DNA of 64,000 nucleotides from assembly GCF_004010195.1 (NCBI RefSeq), contig NC_057752.1:15769348-15833347 (forward strand), given 5' to 3'. Within the stretch, counting starts at the first letter, position 1; each line of letters starts with the position of its first letter. This document shows positions 51,700 through 62,889 of the stretch, in pieces. The notes under the pieces were generated by a model. The model saw only the letters and a program-made list of their open reading frames with translations, did no database searches and was not told where the DNA came from. The translations under genes were made by a program, and so were the position numbers. Source of the stretch: Chiloscyllium plagiosum. Taxonomy: Eukaryota.

Positions 51700-52270
51700 C
51701 GTGATGTACCTGTCTTGCACATGTTTGTGGAGAAAAGGGTAGAGGGAGTTTTACTGTCATTTAAAAATTATAGGGAGCGAGTGACAGTGCTGAGGGAGCC
51801 TCACTTCCAATTTAAAAGAATAGAGGCAACTTTACTTCGATTCTAACCTGTGTTGTACCTGTCCAGTGGGAGTGTTTAATGGGAACAGTGTTGAGGACAG
51901 TTTACTTGCAATTTAGAAGAGTGATTAGAGCTTTACTTTGTAGCGGACATCGTGCTGTCTCTCTCCCTGGGAGTGTTTGATAGGGGGACAGTGTAGAGGG
52001 AGCTTTACTCTGTATCTAACCCCGTGCTGTCCCTGTCCCTGGGAATGTTTGATGGGGGGGACAGTGTAGAGGGAGCTTTACTCTGTATCTAACCCTGTGC
52101 TGTCCCTGTCCTGGGAGTGTTTGATGGGGACAGTGTAGAGTGATCTTTACTTTTAAAAGAGTAGAAGTTGCTTGCTCTGTTTCCAACTCTGTGCTATATC
52201 TGTTGTAGTTCTGTTCGTGGAGCTGGGGATTTGTGTTGCTATGTCTGTTCTGGGAGTGTTTGATGGGAAT
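51700..52270. repeat. ~70-bp minisatellite (gggacagtgtagagggagctttactctgtatctaaccccgtgctgtccctgtccctgggagtgtttgatg)
   Basis: About 3 good units at 51945-52150 with degenerate flanking units; related unit near 50315-50450. Confidence 0.85.
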
Positions 52271-52484
52271 CACTAGATAAAACAAGGAAGGATTAATTAT
52301 GCAGTAATTGATTGTTGAGTAAGAGATGTGATTGTGGCACGTTATTAGCAAGGAGTTTTCGTTATCTGTTCTCATTTTCCAGCACTAGGCATTGGCAATG
52401 GTCTAATCGTTCTCACATGACTTGGCTCCTGAGCGAATATGATGAAGCCTATTGTTCCTGAAACACAATCTGGTTTGTTTTCAG

Positions 52485-53010
52485 ATTTATCAACGCACTT
52501 GGCACCATATTTGGATTTATATCGGAAGAAGTTACCAGCAAAATAAGAATACTCATTGAGCATCAGCAGGGAGTGCATGGAAAGGAATACATCTCCATGA
52601 GGTCCATGATAAATTATGAATTAACGAATAATGTGGTTAACTTGCATGAACTTCCCAGAGACCGTCTGCAATCCGGCTGCCGCACTTTACTCCGTCTCCA
52701 TCGAGCACTGCGGTGGCTGCAGCTCTTCCTTGATAACATCAGGACCAGCTCTGAGAATGACTCGATGTCCATCGGTTGCGCTGAAGCCTATGAACAGTCC
52801 CTTGCTAAATATCACAGCTGGCTTGTACGAAAAGCTGCTGGGATTGCATTCCTTGCCCTTCCAGCACGGACAGAGTTCCTTCAGATACTGTGTCTGGAAG
52901 GCAGCAAGGAGACCAAAGACAAACTTTGGAGTGCTGTGAATTTGATTGAGAGAGTTTATAATGTTACACAAGGAATGTATGCACAGTATAATATGCTTGA
53001 ATTACCTTAG
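52485..53010 (+). CDS. GLTPD2: GLTPD2 exon 4 (main GLTP/CPTP fold, to the stop codon)
   Basis: ttttcag| acceptor; FINALGTIFGFISEEVTSKI, SGCRTLLRLHRALRWL, YHSWLVRKAA, MLELP*; four exons total 870 nt = 289 aa; adjacent to PSMB6. Confidence 0.93.
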
Positions 53011-53087
53011 AGTAAAAAAAACTTTGCCAATCAACAAGGAGATTAGTTTCCATCAATAGAATTCCTCTAGATTGCCTTCAAGGGGGC

Positions 53088-53093
53088 AATAAA
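53088..53093 (+). terminator. Polyadenylation signal of GLTPD2
   Basis: AATAAA 78 nt after the stop, followed by GT/T-rich sequence. Confidence 0.55.
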
Positions 53094-53189
53094 ATTGTTG
53101 CATTTCAAAAGAAAGGTTGTGTTTTATATAATGAACCTTTTATTAAAAATATTCAAGAATTTTAACTCTAATGCGCAGATTAAGATAAT

Positions 53190-53680
53190 GAGCGCTGAAA
53201 GCTGAATGCTGGAGAAGGAGTGAGAAGTGGAATTGAAATGGTCACTGCCGATTTTAATTCCCCTTCCCACTCCCTCGATATGTCTATCCTCTGCCTCCTC
53301 TATTGCCACAGCGAATCAGACCGCAAATTGGAGGAATAACACCTCGTCTTCCACATAACTTCAAATAACCCTCCCAGCTGTCTCCTACTCCCTTCCCAGC
53401 CCCACCTCTGACCTTCACTTCCAGCTACCGACCAGATTCATTCCTCCCATCGACCAACCAGGTTGTACCCACCACCTGTGTTTACCTATCACTACCTTAC
53501 CATTCTGACCGTCTCCCCACTCAAAACCTTCCCCTCTATCTGCAGCTCCCCTTATCCTCACCTCTATTCTCGAAGAGTTATACCTGAAACGTTGACTTCT
53601 CCACCTCCTGATGCTTGCTGTGTTGTTCAAGCCTCCAGCTTGTTTACTTTGGATTCCCAGCATCTGAGGTTTTCTTTGTC
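53190..53680. mobile_element. Decayed Penelope-derived fragment
   Basis: cgcaaattggaggaataacacctc (GIY-YIG C-terminus-like), C-rich tract, degenerate ..gaagag...GAAACGTT motif near 53570-53595. Confidence 0.6.
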
Positions 53681-56600
53681 TCTGAGAGAGTTACTTAGGA
53701 CTGAGTGAATCTATTATGGATAGTACAGTTATGAAGGATGAACCTGATTGGTTTCAGTGAATCTTGTAAAACAAAATCAATGATAGAACATTACAGAGCA
53801 GTACAGTCCCTTCGCTCTCGATGTTGTGCTGACCTGTGAAAACAACCTGAAGCCCTTCTAACCTTCACTATTCCATTATCATCCATATGTTTATCTAATG
53901 CCTATTTAAATGCTCTTAAAGTTGGCGAGTCTACTACTGTTTCAGGCAGGGCGTTCCATGTCCATACTACTCTGAGTAAAGAAACTACCTATGACATCTG
54001 TCCTAGATTGATCAATTTAAAGCTATGTCCTCTTGTGCTAGCCTTCACCATCTGAGGAAAAAGGCTCTCCCTGTCCACCCTATCTAACACACTGATTATC
54101 TTGTAAGTCTAAATTAAGTCTCCTCTCAACCTTTTCTCTCACTAAAACAACCTGAAGTCCCTCAGCCTTTCCTCATAAGAACTTCCCTCCATACAGGCAA
54201 CATCCTGATAAATTTCCTCTGCATACTTTCCAATGCTTCCACATATAATGCGGTGACCAGAATTGTACGCAATACTCCAAATGTGGCCGCATCAGAATTT
54301 TGTACAGCTGCAGAATGACTTCATAGCTCTGAAATTCAATCCCTCTTCCAATAAAAGCTAACACACCATATGCCACGTTAACAACCCTATCAACCTGGGT
54401 GGCAACTTTCAGGGATCTATGTACATGGAAATCGAGATCTCTCTACTCATCCACATACCAAGAATCTTACCATTAGCCCAGTACTCTGATTTCTGTTGCT
54501 CCTTCCAAAGTGAATCACCTCTCACTTTTCCACATTAAACTCCATTTGCCACCTCTTAGCCCAGCTCTGCAGCTTATCAATGTCCCTCTGTAACGTGCAA
54601 TATCCTTCAGCACTATCCACAACTCTACTGACTTTATTGTCATCCGCAAATTTACTAACCCAAACTTCTACGCCCTCATCCAGGTCATTTATAAAAATGG
54701 ACACAGCAGTGGCCCCAAAACAGTTCCTTGTGGTACACCACTAGTAAATAAACTCCAGGATGAACACTTCCCATCAGCCACCACTCTGTCTTCTTTCAGC
54801 TAGTCAATTTCTGATCCAAACAGCTAAGTTGCCCTCAATCCTATGCCTCCATATTTTTTGGAATAGCCTGTAGTGGGGAACCTTATCAAACGCCTTACTG
54901 AAATCCATATACACCACATCAACTGCTTTACCCTCATCCAACTGTTTCATCACCTTCTCAAAGAGGGCAGTAAGGTTTGTAAGTCATGACCTACCCTTAG
55001 CGAACTACCATGTTGACTATCCCCAATCAAATTATTCCTTTCTAGATGATTATAAATCCTATGTCTTATAATCCTTTACAAAACTTTAACCACAACAGAG
55101 GTAAGGCTCACTAGTCTATAATTACCAGGATTGTCTCTACCCCCCCTTCTTGAACAAGGGAATAACATTTGCTATCCTCCAATCTTCTGGCACTATTCCT
55201 GTATACAATGATGACATAAAGATCAAATCCAAAGGCTCTGCAATCTCTTCCATAGTTTCTCAGAGAATCTTGGGATAAATCCCATCTGGCCCAGGAAACT
55301 TCTCAATTTTCACTCTTTCCAGAATTGCTAACAACGTCCCCTTGTGAACCTCAATCCCACCTAGTCTAATTGCCTGTATCTCAGTATTCTCCTTGACAAC
55401 ATTATCTTTTTCTTGTGTGAATACTGACAAAAAATATTCATTTAGCATCTTTCCTATCTCTTCAAACTCCACACACAACTTCCCATTGCTATCCTTGATT
55501 GGCACTAATCTTACTCTAGTCATTCTTTTATTTCTGACATACCTACAGAAAGCTTGAGAGTTTTCCTTGATCCTATCTGCCAAAGACTTCTCATGTTTCC
55601 TCCTGGCTCTTTTTAACTCTCTCTTTAAGTCTTTCCTGGCTAACTTATATCTCACAAGTGCCCTAGCCAAGCCTTCACTCCTCCTCTTTACACAAGCCTC
55701 CTTCTTCCTCTTGACAAGAGAGTCAACTTCTTTTGTAAATCACGGCTCCCTCACTCAACCATTTCCTCCCTGCCTGACAGGTACACACTTATGAAGGACA
55801 TGCAGTAGCTGTTCCTTGAAAAAGCTCCACATTTCAATTGTGCCCATCCCATGCAGTTTCCTTTCCCAACCTATGCATCCTAAATCTTGTCTAATCGCAT
55901 CATAATTGTTTTACCCCCAGCTATAACTCTTGCCCTGCAGTATATACCTATCCCTTTCCATTGATAAAGTAAACGTAACCGAATTGTGGTCAATATCACC
56001 AAAGTTCTCACCTACCTCCAAGTCTAACATCTGGCCAGGTTCATAACCCAGTACCAATTCCAATGTGGCCTTGCCCCTTGTTGGCCTGCCTACATACAGG
56101 AAACCATCCAGCACACATTGAACAAAACCTGACCCATCTGAAGTACTTGAACTATAATATTCCCAGTCAATATTTGGAAAATTAAAGTCCCCCATTACAA
56201 CTACCCTATTATTCTTGCTCCTGTCCAGAATCATCTTTGTAATTCTATCCTCTACATCTCTAGAACTTTTTGGAGGCCTATAGAAAACTCCCAACAGGGT
56301 GACCTCTCCTTTCCTGTTTCTAACATCAGCTCATATTACCTTTGTAGACAAGTCCTTATCAAACATCCTTTCTGCCACTGTAATACTGTCCTTGACTAAC
56401 AATGTCAAACCTCCCCCTCTTTTATCCTTTTCTCTGTTCTTACTGAAACATCTAAATTCCAGAACCTGCAACAATCATTCCTGTCCATGTCTCCGAAATG
56501 GCCACAACATCGAAGTCCCAGATACTAACCCATGCTGCAAGTTTACCCTCCATATTCTGGATGCTCCTGGCGTTGAAGTAGACACACTTCAAACCACCTT

Positions 56601-56831
56601 CCTGCCTACTGGTGAACTCTTGTGACCATGAATCCTCACTACTCTCGACCTCCTGGACACTGGAACTACAATTTAGGTTCCCTACCCTCTGCTGAATTAG
56701 TTTAAACTCTCCCGAAGAGCATTAGCAAATTTCCACCCCCCCAGGATATTGGTATCTCTTTGGTTCAGGTGTAGACCATCCTGTTTGTAGAGGCCCCACC
56801 TACCCCAGAATGAGCCCCAATTATCCAGGTA

Positions 56832-58045
56832 TAGAACATAGAACATAGAACAGTACAGCACAGAACAGGCCCTTCAGCCCACGATGTTGTGCCGACCATT
56901 GATCCTCATGTAAGGTAAACCTAATGTACGAGCCCTCAAATTCCTGTGACCAAATGCATGTCCAGCAGTCTCTTAAATATCCCCAATGACCTCGCTTCCA
57001 CAACTGCTGCTGCAACGCATTCCATGCTCTCTCAACTCTCTGCATAAAGAACCTGCCTCTGACATCCCCTCTATAATTTCCGCCAAACAGCTTAAAACTA
57101 TGACCCCTAGTGTTAACAATTTCTGCCCTGGGAAAAAGTCTCTGGCTATCAACTCTATCTATGCCTCTCATTATCTTGTACACCTCAATTAGGTCCCCTC
57201 TCTGCCTTCTTTTTTCCAATGAAAAAAGTCCGAGCTCAGTCAATCTCTCTTCGTAAGATAAGCCCTCCATTCCAGGCAGCATCCTGGTAAACCTCCTCTG
57301 CATCCTCTCCAAAGCATCCACATCTTTCCTATAATAGGGCAACCAGAACTGGACACAGTATTTCAAGTGCGGTCTAACCAAAGTTTAACAAGATCTCACG
57401 GCTCTTAAACTTAATCCCCCTGTTAATGAAAGCCAAAACACCATATGCTTTCTTAACAGCCCTGTCCACTTGGGTGGCAATTTTAAGGGATCTATGTACC
57501 TGCACACCAAGATCCCGCTGTTCCTCCACACTGTCAAGAATCCTGTCTTTAATCCTGTACTCAACTTTCAAGTTTGACCTTTCAAAATGCATCACTTCGC
57601 ATTTATCCAGGTTGAACTCAATCTGCCACCTCTCAGCCCATCTCTGCATCCTGTCAATGAACCACTGCAGCCTACAACAGTCCTCTGTACTGTCAACGAC
57701 ACCTCCAACCTCTGTGTCGTCTGCAAACTTGCTAACCCATCCTTCAATCTCTTCATCCAAGTCATTAATAAAAATTACAAACAGTAGAGGCCCAAGAACA
57801 GAGCTCTGTGGAACACCACTCACCACTGACTTCCAGGCAGAATACTTTTCTTCCACTACCACTCGCTGTCTTCTATCGACCAGCCAATTCTGTATCCAGA
57901 CAGCTACATTTCCCTGTATCCCATTCCTCCTGACCTTCTGAACGAGCCCACCATGGGGAACTTTATCAAATGCCTTGCTGAAGTCCATATACACCACATC
58001 CACCGCTCGGCCCTCATCAACTTGTCTAGTAACATCCTCAAAAAC
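56832..58045 (-). mobile_element. CR1 LINE RT and 3' end nested in the larger CR1
   Basis: ORF 57374-58003 YMDFSKAFDKV..GVPQ..KFADD; (agaacat)n tail near 56832. Confidence 0.92.
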
Positions 58046-58143
58046 CCTCCCTCCTGCACCATCCCTGTAGTCATGTATTCAACTCCTCTCTCTCCCTATT
58101 CCTCACCTACTAGCACATGGCATAGGCAACAAACCACAGATAA

Positions 58144-58277
58144 GTCCTGATGAAGGGCTTTTGCCCGAAACATCGATTTTCCTGGTCCCTGGATGCTGCC
58201 TGACCGACTGTGCTTTTCCAGCACCACCACTCCAATGTAGACTCTGATTTCCAGTATCTGCAGTCTGCACTTTTGCC
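58144..58277 (+). mobile_element. Penelope family-1 mini-element
   Basis: Perfect 17-bp TSD caacaaaccacagataa (58127-58143, 58278-58294); begins gtcCTGATGAagggcttttgcccGAAAC. Confidence 0.82.
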
Positions 58278-59493
58278 CAACAAACCACAGATAACAATTC
58301 TATTTGTTCTAGCTCTCAGCTTCCACCCTAGTTCCCAGAATTTCTGCCTTAAGTCCCCATTCCTTTTCCTACCTATGTCGTTAGTGCCTGTGTGGACTAC
58401 GGCTTGGGGCTGCATTTCCTCCCCCTTAAGGATCCCAAAAACACAACCTGAGACATCATGAATCCTGGTACCTGGGTTATCTGTGGTTTGTTGGTGAGGG
58501 TCGAGCGGTCTCTCTCCCATTCCCACAGAACCTATCTGTTCCCCGTAACTATGGAGTCCCCAATAACTAATGCTCTGCTCTTCCCCTTTTTCTTCTGAGC
58601 AACAGGGACAGAGCCTGTGCCAGAGATCTGCACCCCATGGCTTACCCCTGGTAAGATTCCACCACCACCCCACCCCAACCCCCCCCCCCCTCCCGCCCCC
58701 AGCAGCAGTATCCAAAATGGTATACTCACTATTGAGGGGAATGGCCACAGGGGATCCCTTTCCGTCCCTGATGGTAACCCATCTGCCTTTTCTTGTATCT
58801 GAGGTATGACTACCTCCCTTTAACTCCTCTCAATAGCCCCCTCAGCCTCCTGAATGATCTGAACTTCATCCAGCTCCAGTTCCCTAATGCTGTTTCCGAG
58901 GAGATGGAGTTGGGTACACTTCCTGGTGATGAAGTCCGTGGAGACCCTAGTGGTGACTCTTACCTCCCACATTCTGCAGGAGGAGTATTCAACTGCCCTG
59001 ACCTCCAATCCCACTGTTCTGAATCGCCAAAGAGACTGTTGAAAAAATCTAGTGACCTTACCAATCTGGCGCACAGAACCCTTTTTTTGGTTAGGGGAGG
59101 AGGATGGGTGGGAGACACTACCTCAATAGTGTTTTGGGTAAAGCAGCTGCCCAAATATATTACCTCACTTACTCAGTAGTCCCATGTCTGTTCCTGCTCA
59201 GTGAGTGCTCTGCCTATACATGAGGTCAGTTTTTAAAGGATTAATTTACCTTCTCAGCACCCCCCTGGTCCTCGTTCTCAATGCATCTGCTGCAGCTGCA
59301 TAAATAGAGGCCGCTGAACTCATAAGGTAAGTTTTTAAAAGATTAATCTATCTTTCTGGCAGCCCCCGGTCCTCACTCTTACTTGTTTGCTATACATATA
59401 AATGCATCATTGTTGGATCTGATTGTTGCATCAAATCACTATTTTTATTCTATCATAACATTTAAATGAATTGATTAGTGCTATAAAGTGGTA

Positions 59494-59753
59494 CAAAGTT
59501 AAAAATCACAACACCAAGTTATAATCCAACAGATTTATTTGGAAGCACTAGTTTCAGAGCACTGCTCTTTCATCAGGTAGTTGTGAAGCAGGAACTTATG
59601 CAGGACCTTAACAGGACCTTAGCAGCACAACTACCTGAAGAAGGAGGAGTGCTCCGAAAGCTAGCGCTTCCAAATAAACCTGTTGGACTATAACCTGGCG
59701 GTGTGTGATTTTTAACTTTATCCAACCCAGTCCAACACTGGTTCCTCCACATC
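59494..59753. mobile_element. Penelope family-2 fold-back mini-element
   Basis: 11-bp TSD ataaagtggta; inverted arms each with a CTGA.GA...GAAAgcta-type motif. Confidence 0.8.
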
Positions 59754-60114
59754 ATAAAGTGGTATTGCTTTGCAGTAATGTGCTCCCTGATGTAGTTCGA
59801 ATTCTGATAAGATGTGTCTCCAGATCTAATTTCAACACCAGTTTCAAATGGATGAAAGCCAACAACTCACAAGGTGAGGTGAGTAGGATTGCCCAGATGT
59901 AAACACAGCATTCGATCTGATTGTAACATCCAGGAATCCTGCAAAAATTATAGTCAATGACAATTGAGAAATTCTATTGGTTAGATTTTGTCTCACTTGT
60001 CAAAAAAATGTTGGCTGTGCTTATTGGAGGTCAGTCATTTCAACTCCAAGGTAGTTTTGTAGGAGTTCCTCAGGATAGTGTCCATGGCCCAGCCATCTGC
60101 ATCTGCTCCATCAA

Positions 60115-60362
60115 TCATAGAATCATAGAATCTCTACAGTATCGAAACAGGCCTTTTGGCCCAACAAGTCCAAACTGAACCCCTGAAGAGAATCCCACCC
60201 AGACCCATTCTGCAATTGGTCTATATTTCCCTTGACTAATGCACTTGGCCTACACATCCCTGAACACTATGGGCAATTTAGCACAGTCAATTCACCTAAC
60301 CTGCACATCCCTGGACTGTGGAAGGAAACCTGAGCACCCGGAGGAAATCAACGCAGACATGG
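60115..60362 (-). mobile_element. HE1-type V-SINE fragment
   Basis: (atagaatc)n tail and V-domain on the - strand. Confidence 0.8.
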
Positions 60363-60659
60363 AAAGTGGGGACGCACAATAGTTAGCCCCAACTGCAACT
60401 CCTCAGACACTGAAACAATCCATATTTAAATGCAGCTTACACATCCTATGTCAAATACAGATTACAATTTCCTTATTCAAACAGAAGAAGTCGAGTAGAT
60501 TGAGACCTGGTATGAACAGGTTGCCTTACAATATAATGTTGAAACAGACTGGGTTTATTTCCACTGGAGTTCAGAAGAGTGAGCATCTTGACACAGTTGA
60601 TGTGGAAAGGATGTTTCCTCTTATGGATGAAACAAGGTTATTTGTTTAAAAGTTGGTAT

Positions 60660-61730
60660 TCAAATGAGGAGGTTTTCCAGAGTAAGCACGCAGGTGCATC
60701 CGGTGGTAAAGAAAGCAAATGGTATGTTGGCTTTCATTGTGATATAGAAGTCATGATTTGGAGATGCTGGTGTTGGACTGGGGTGTACAAAGTTAAAAAT
60801 CACACAACACCAGGTTATAGTCCAACAGGTATAATTGGAAGCACTAGCTTTCGGAGCACTGCTCCTTCATCAGGTGGTTGTGGAGGGCTCAATCGTAACA
60901 CAGAATTTATAGCAAAAATTTGCAGTGTGATGTAACTGAAATTAATTTTTCAATGTATAATTTCAGTTACATCACACTGCAAATTTTTGCTATAAATTCT
61001 GTGTTACGATCGAGCCCTCCACAATCACCTGATGAAGGAGCTTTGCTCCGAAAGCTAGTGTGCTTCCAATTAAACCTGTTGGACTGTAACCTGGTGTTGT
61101 GTGATTTTTAACTTCATTGTGAAAGGTTTTGAGTACAGGAGCAGGGATATGTTGTTACAGTTATACAAAGATTTGGTGAGGCCACACCTAGAGTATTGTG
61201 TGCAGTTTCAGTCTCCTTTTCTGAGGAAGGATGCTCTTGCTCTCGACTGAGTGCAGCGAAGGTTTACCAGGCTGATTCTAGGGATGGTGGGACGGACGAA
61301 TGAGGAGAGATTGACTAGGTTAGGATTGTTTCTGCTGGAGTTCAGACGAGTGAGAGGGGATTTCATAAAAACTTATAAAGTTCTAACAGGATTAGATAGG
61401 ATAGATGCTGGGAGGATGTTCCTGATGGTGGGTGTGTCCAGAACCAGGCATCACAGTCTAAGGATTCGGGGTGGACCATTTAGGACAGAGATGAGGAGGC
61501 ATTTCTTCACCCAAAGAGTGGTGAACCTATGGAATTCATTACCGCAGGGAGTAGTGAATGCCAAAACGTTGAATGCATTCAAGGGGCAGTTAGATGTAAC
61601 TTGAGGCGAATAGGATCAAAGGTTATAGGGAGAAAGCAGAATTAGACTGTTGAGTTGGATGATCAGCCATGAACGTGAAGAATGGTGAAGCTGGCTTGAA
61701 GGGCTGAATGGCCCTATCTTCTATGTTTAG
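60660..61730 (+). mobile_element. CR1 LINE 3' fragment interrupted by a fold-back element
   Basis: LVRPHLEYCVQF, QRRFTRLI, FFTQRVVNLWNSLP. Confidence 0.88.
60743..61112. mobile_element. Penelope family-2 fold-back mini-element with ~155-bp arms and two opposed hammerheads
   Basis: 10-bp TSD ttcattgtga (60733-60742, 61113-61122); arms ~60790-60944 and ~60958-61114; hammerheads 60842-60876 (-) and 61026-61060 (+). Confidence 0.85.
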
Positions 61731-62077
61731 AGTCTTCTCTGACGAAATAGAAACATAGATCAACCATGCTCTGATTGAAAAGCAGAGCAGACTTGAGAGG
61801 CTGAATGGGTTTGTCGACCCTCTGGCAGTGTATTGCAGATCCTAACCATTTGCCGTGTGACAATGCTCCTCCTCATGCCCTCTGCCCCTCCATCCTTCCA
61901 TTAACGGGGACAGTTTCTCCATCCTCTGTATTTAATTGGATTACACCCTCTGGCAATTATCTCCCTCAATGTCAAATTGTTCTTTCGATAATCATCCCGG
62001 GAAACACTTTGGGAACACTTTACTGTTAAGTGCACATTCTGGTCAGGGAGTTCTTGTGATTAAAATATTCATCAAAT

Positions 62078-62338
62078 ATGATGTGGAGATGCTGGTGTTG
62101 GGCTAGAGGTGGGCAAGGTCAAAACTCATACAACTCCGAATTATAGTCCAACAGGTATATTTGGAGCGCTGCCCCTTCAACAGGCGCCAGTGAGCGACCC
62201 TTTGACTTTTTCCTTATAAATTCCGTGACTAAGGTCTTCCTTTCTCACTAGCACCTGATGAAGGGGCAATACTCCAAACGCTAATATTTTCAAATAAACC
62301 AGTTGGACTATAACCTGGTATCGTGTGATTTTTGATCT
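62078..62338. mobile_element. Older Penelope family-2 fold-back mini-element immediately upstream of the PSMB6 promoter
   Basis: ttatagtccaac...gttggactataa arms, degenerate CTGATGA core, imperfect TSD tattca(t/g)caa. Confidence 0.7.
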
Positions 62339-62352
62339 TATTCAGCAATTAA

Positions 62353-62543
62353 ACTACATTTCCCGGCAAGCCGCACGGCGCTTGGCCCTCCGCGTTCCCG
62401 GCAAGCCGCACGGCGCTTGGCCCTCCGCATTCCCGGCAAGCCGTATGGTGCTTGGTCCTCCGCGTTCCCGGCAAGCCGCACGGCGCTTGGCCCTCCGCAT
62501 TCCCGGCAAGCCGTACGGTGCTTGGTCCTCCGCGTTCCCGGCA
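62353..62543 (+). repeat. 35-bp GC-rich tandem repeat (~5.2 units) in the PSMB6 promoter/5'UTR, each unit with a ZNF143(Staf)-like site
   Basis: Units tcccggcaagccgcacggcgcttggccctccgc(g/a)t start at 62361, 62396, 62431, 62466, 62501 and 62536 (partial); the first is preceded by ACTACAtt. Confidence 0.85.
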
Positions 62544-62563
62544 TCCTGTTTGTGTCCATGCAG

Positions 62564-62680
62564 ATGGCGACCTTGTTTGAGACCGTGGCGCCGGGTATGA
62601 GCCGTCACTTCGTCCCCGATCCAGCTCCGTGTGGGTCCAGTCTCTACCCTGAATGGATGAGCCCGGAAGTCAGCACGGGA
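62564..62680 (+). CDS. PSMB6: Proteasome subunit beta type-6 (beta1), exon 1 encoding the propeptide
   Basis: MATLFETVAPG...YPEWMSPEVSTG then |GTGAGT phase 0 donor; matches the PSMB6 propeptide end P.W...EVSTG before the catalytic Thr; CpG-rich; directly downstream of GLTPD2 as in mammals. Confidence 0.85.
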
Positions 62681-62889
62681 GTGAGTATGAGAGCGGGGTT
62701 CCAGGGCGGGAGGTTGCAGTTTGTGGGTTCCCCCCCCCCCCCCCCGATGATGCAGCAGTTTTTTTGGGAACATGGTGAGAGCTGCAGCCAGAGAGGGATG
62801 GGGTTGGCGGGGATGGTGAGGGGCTGGCGAGTGGGGCAGGTTGGGGAGAGTATGGTCAGGACAGAGGTTGGGTGGTTGTTGATGAGGAT

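Larger units (their letters stand above)
53783..59390 (-). mobile_element. Near full-length CR1 LINE (5'UTR, ORF1 with zinc-finger/esterase remnants, ORF2), interrupted by a second CR1 and a Penelope mini-element
   Basis: SSCRMWEV..RKCTQL..L (58820-59074), ALVIGDSIV, VVHTGTNDIG, GVFYRPP, MGDFNFP, KFADD, MRPHLEYCVQFWSP. Confidence 0.88.
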
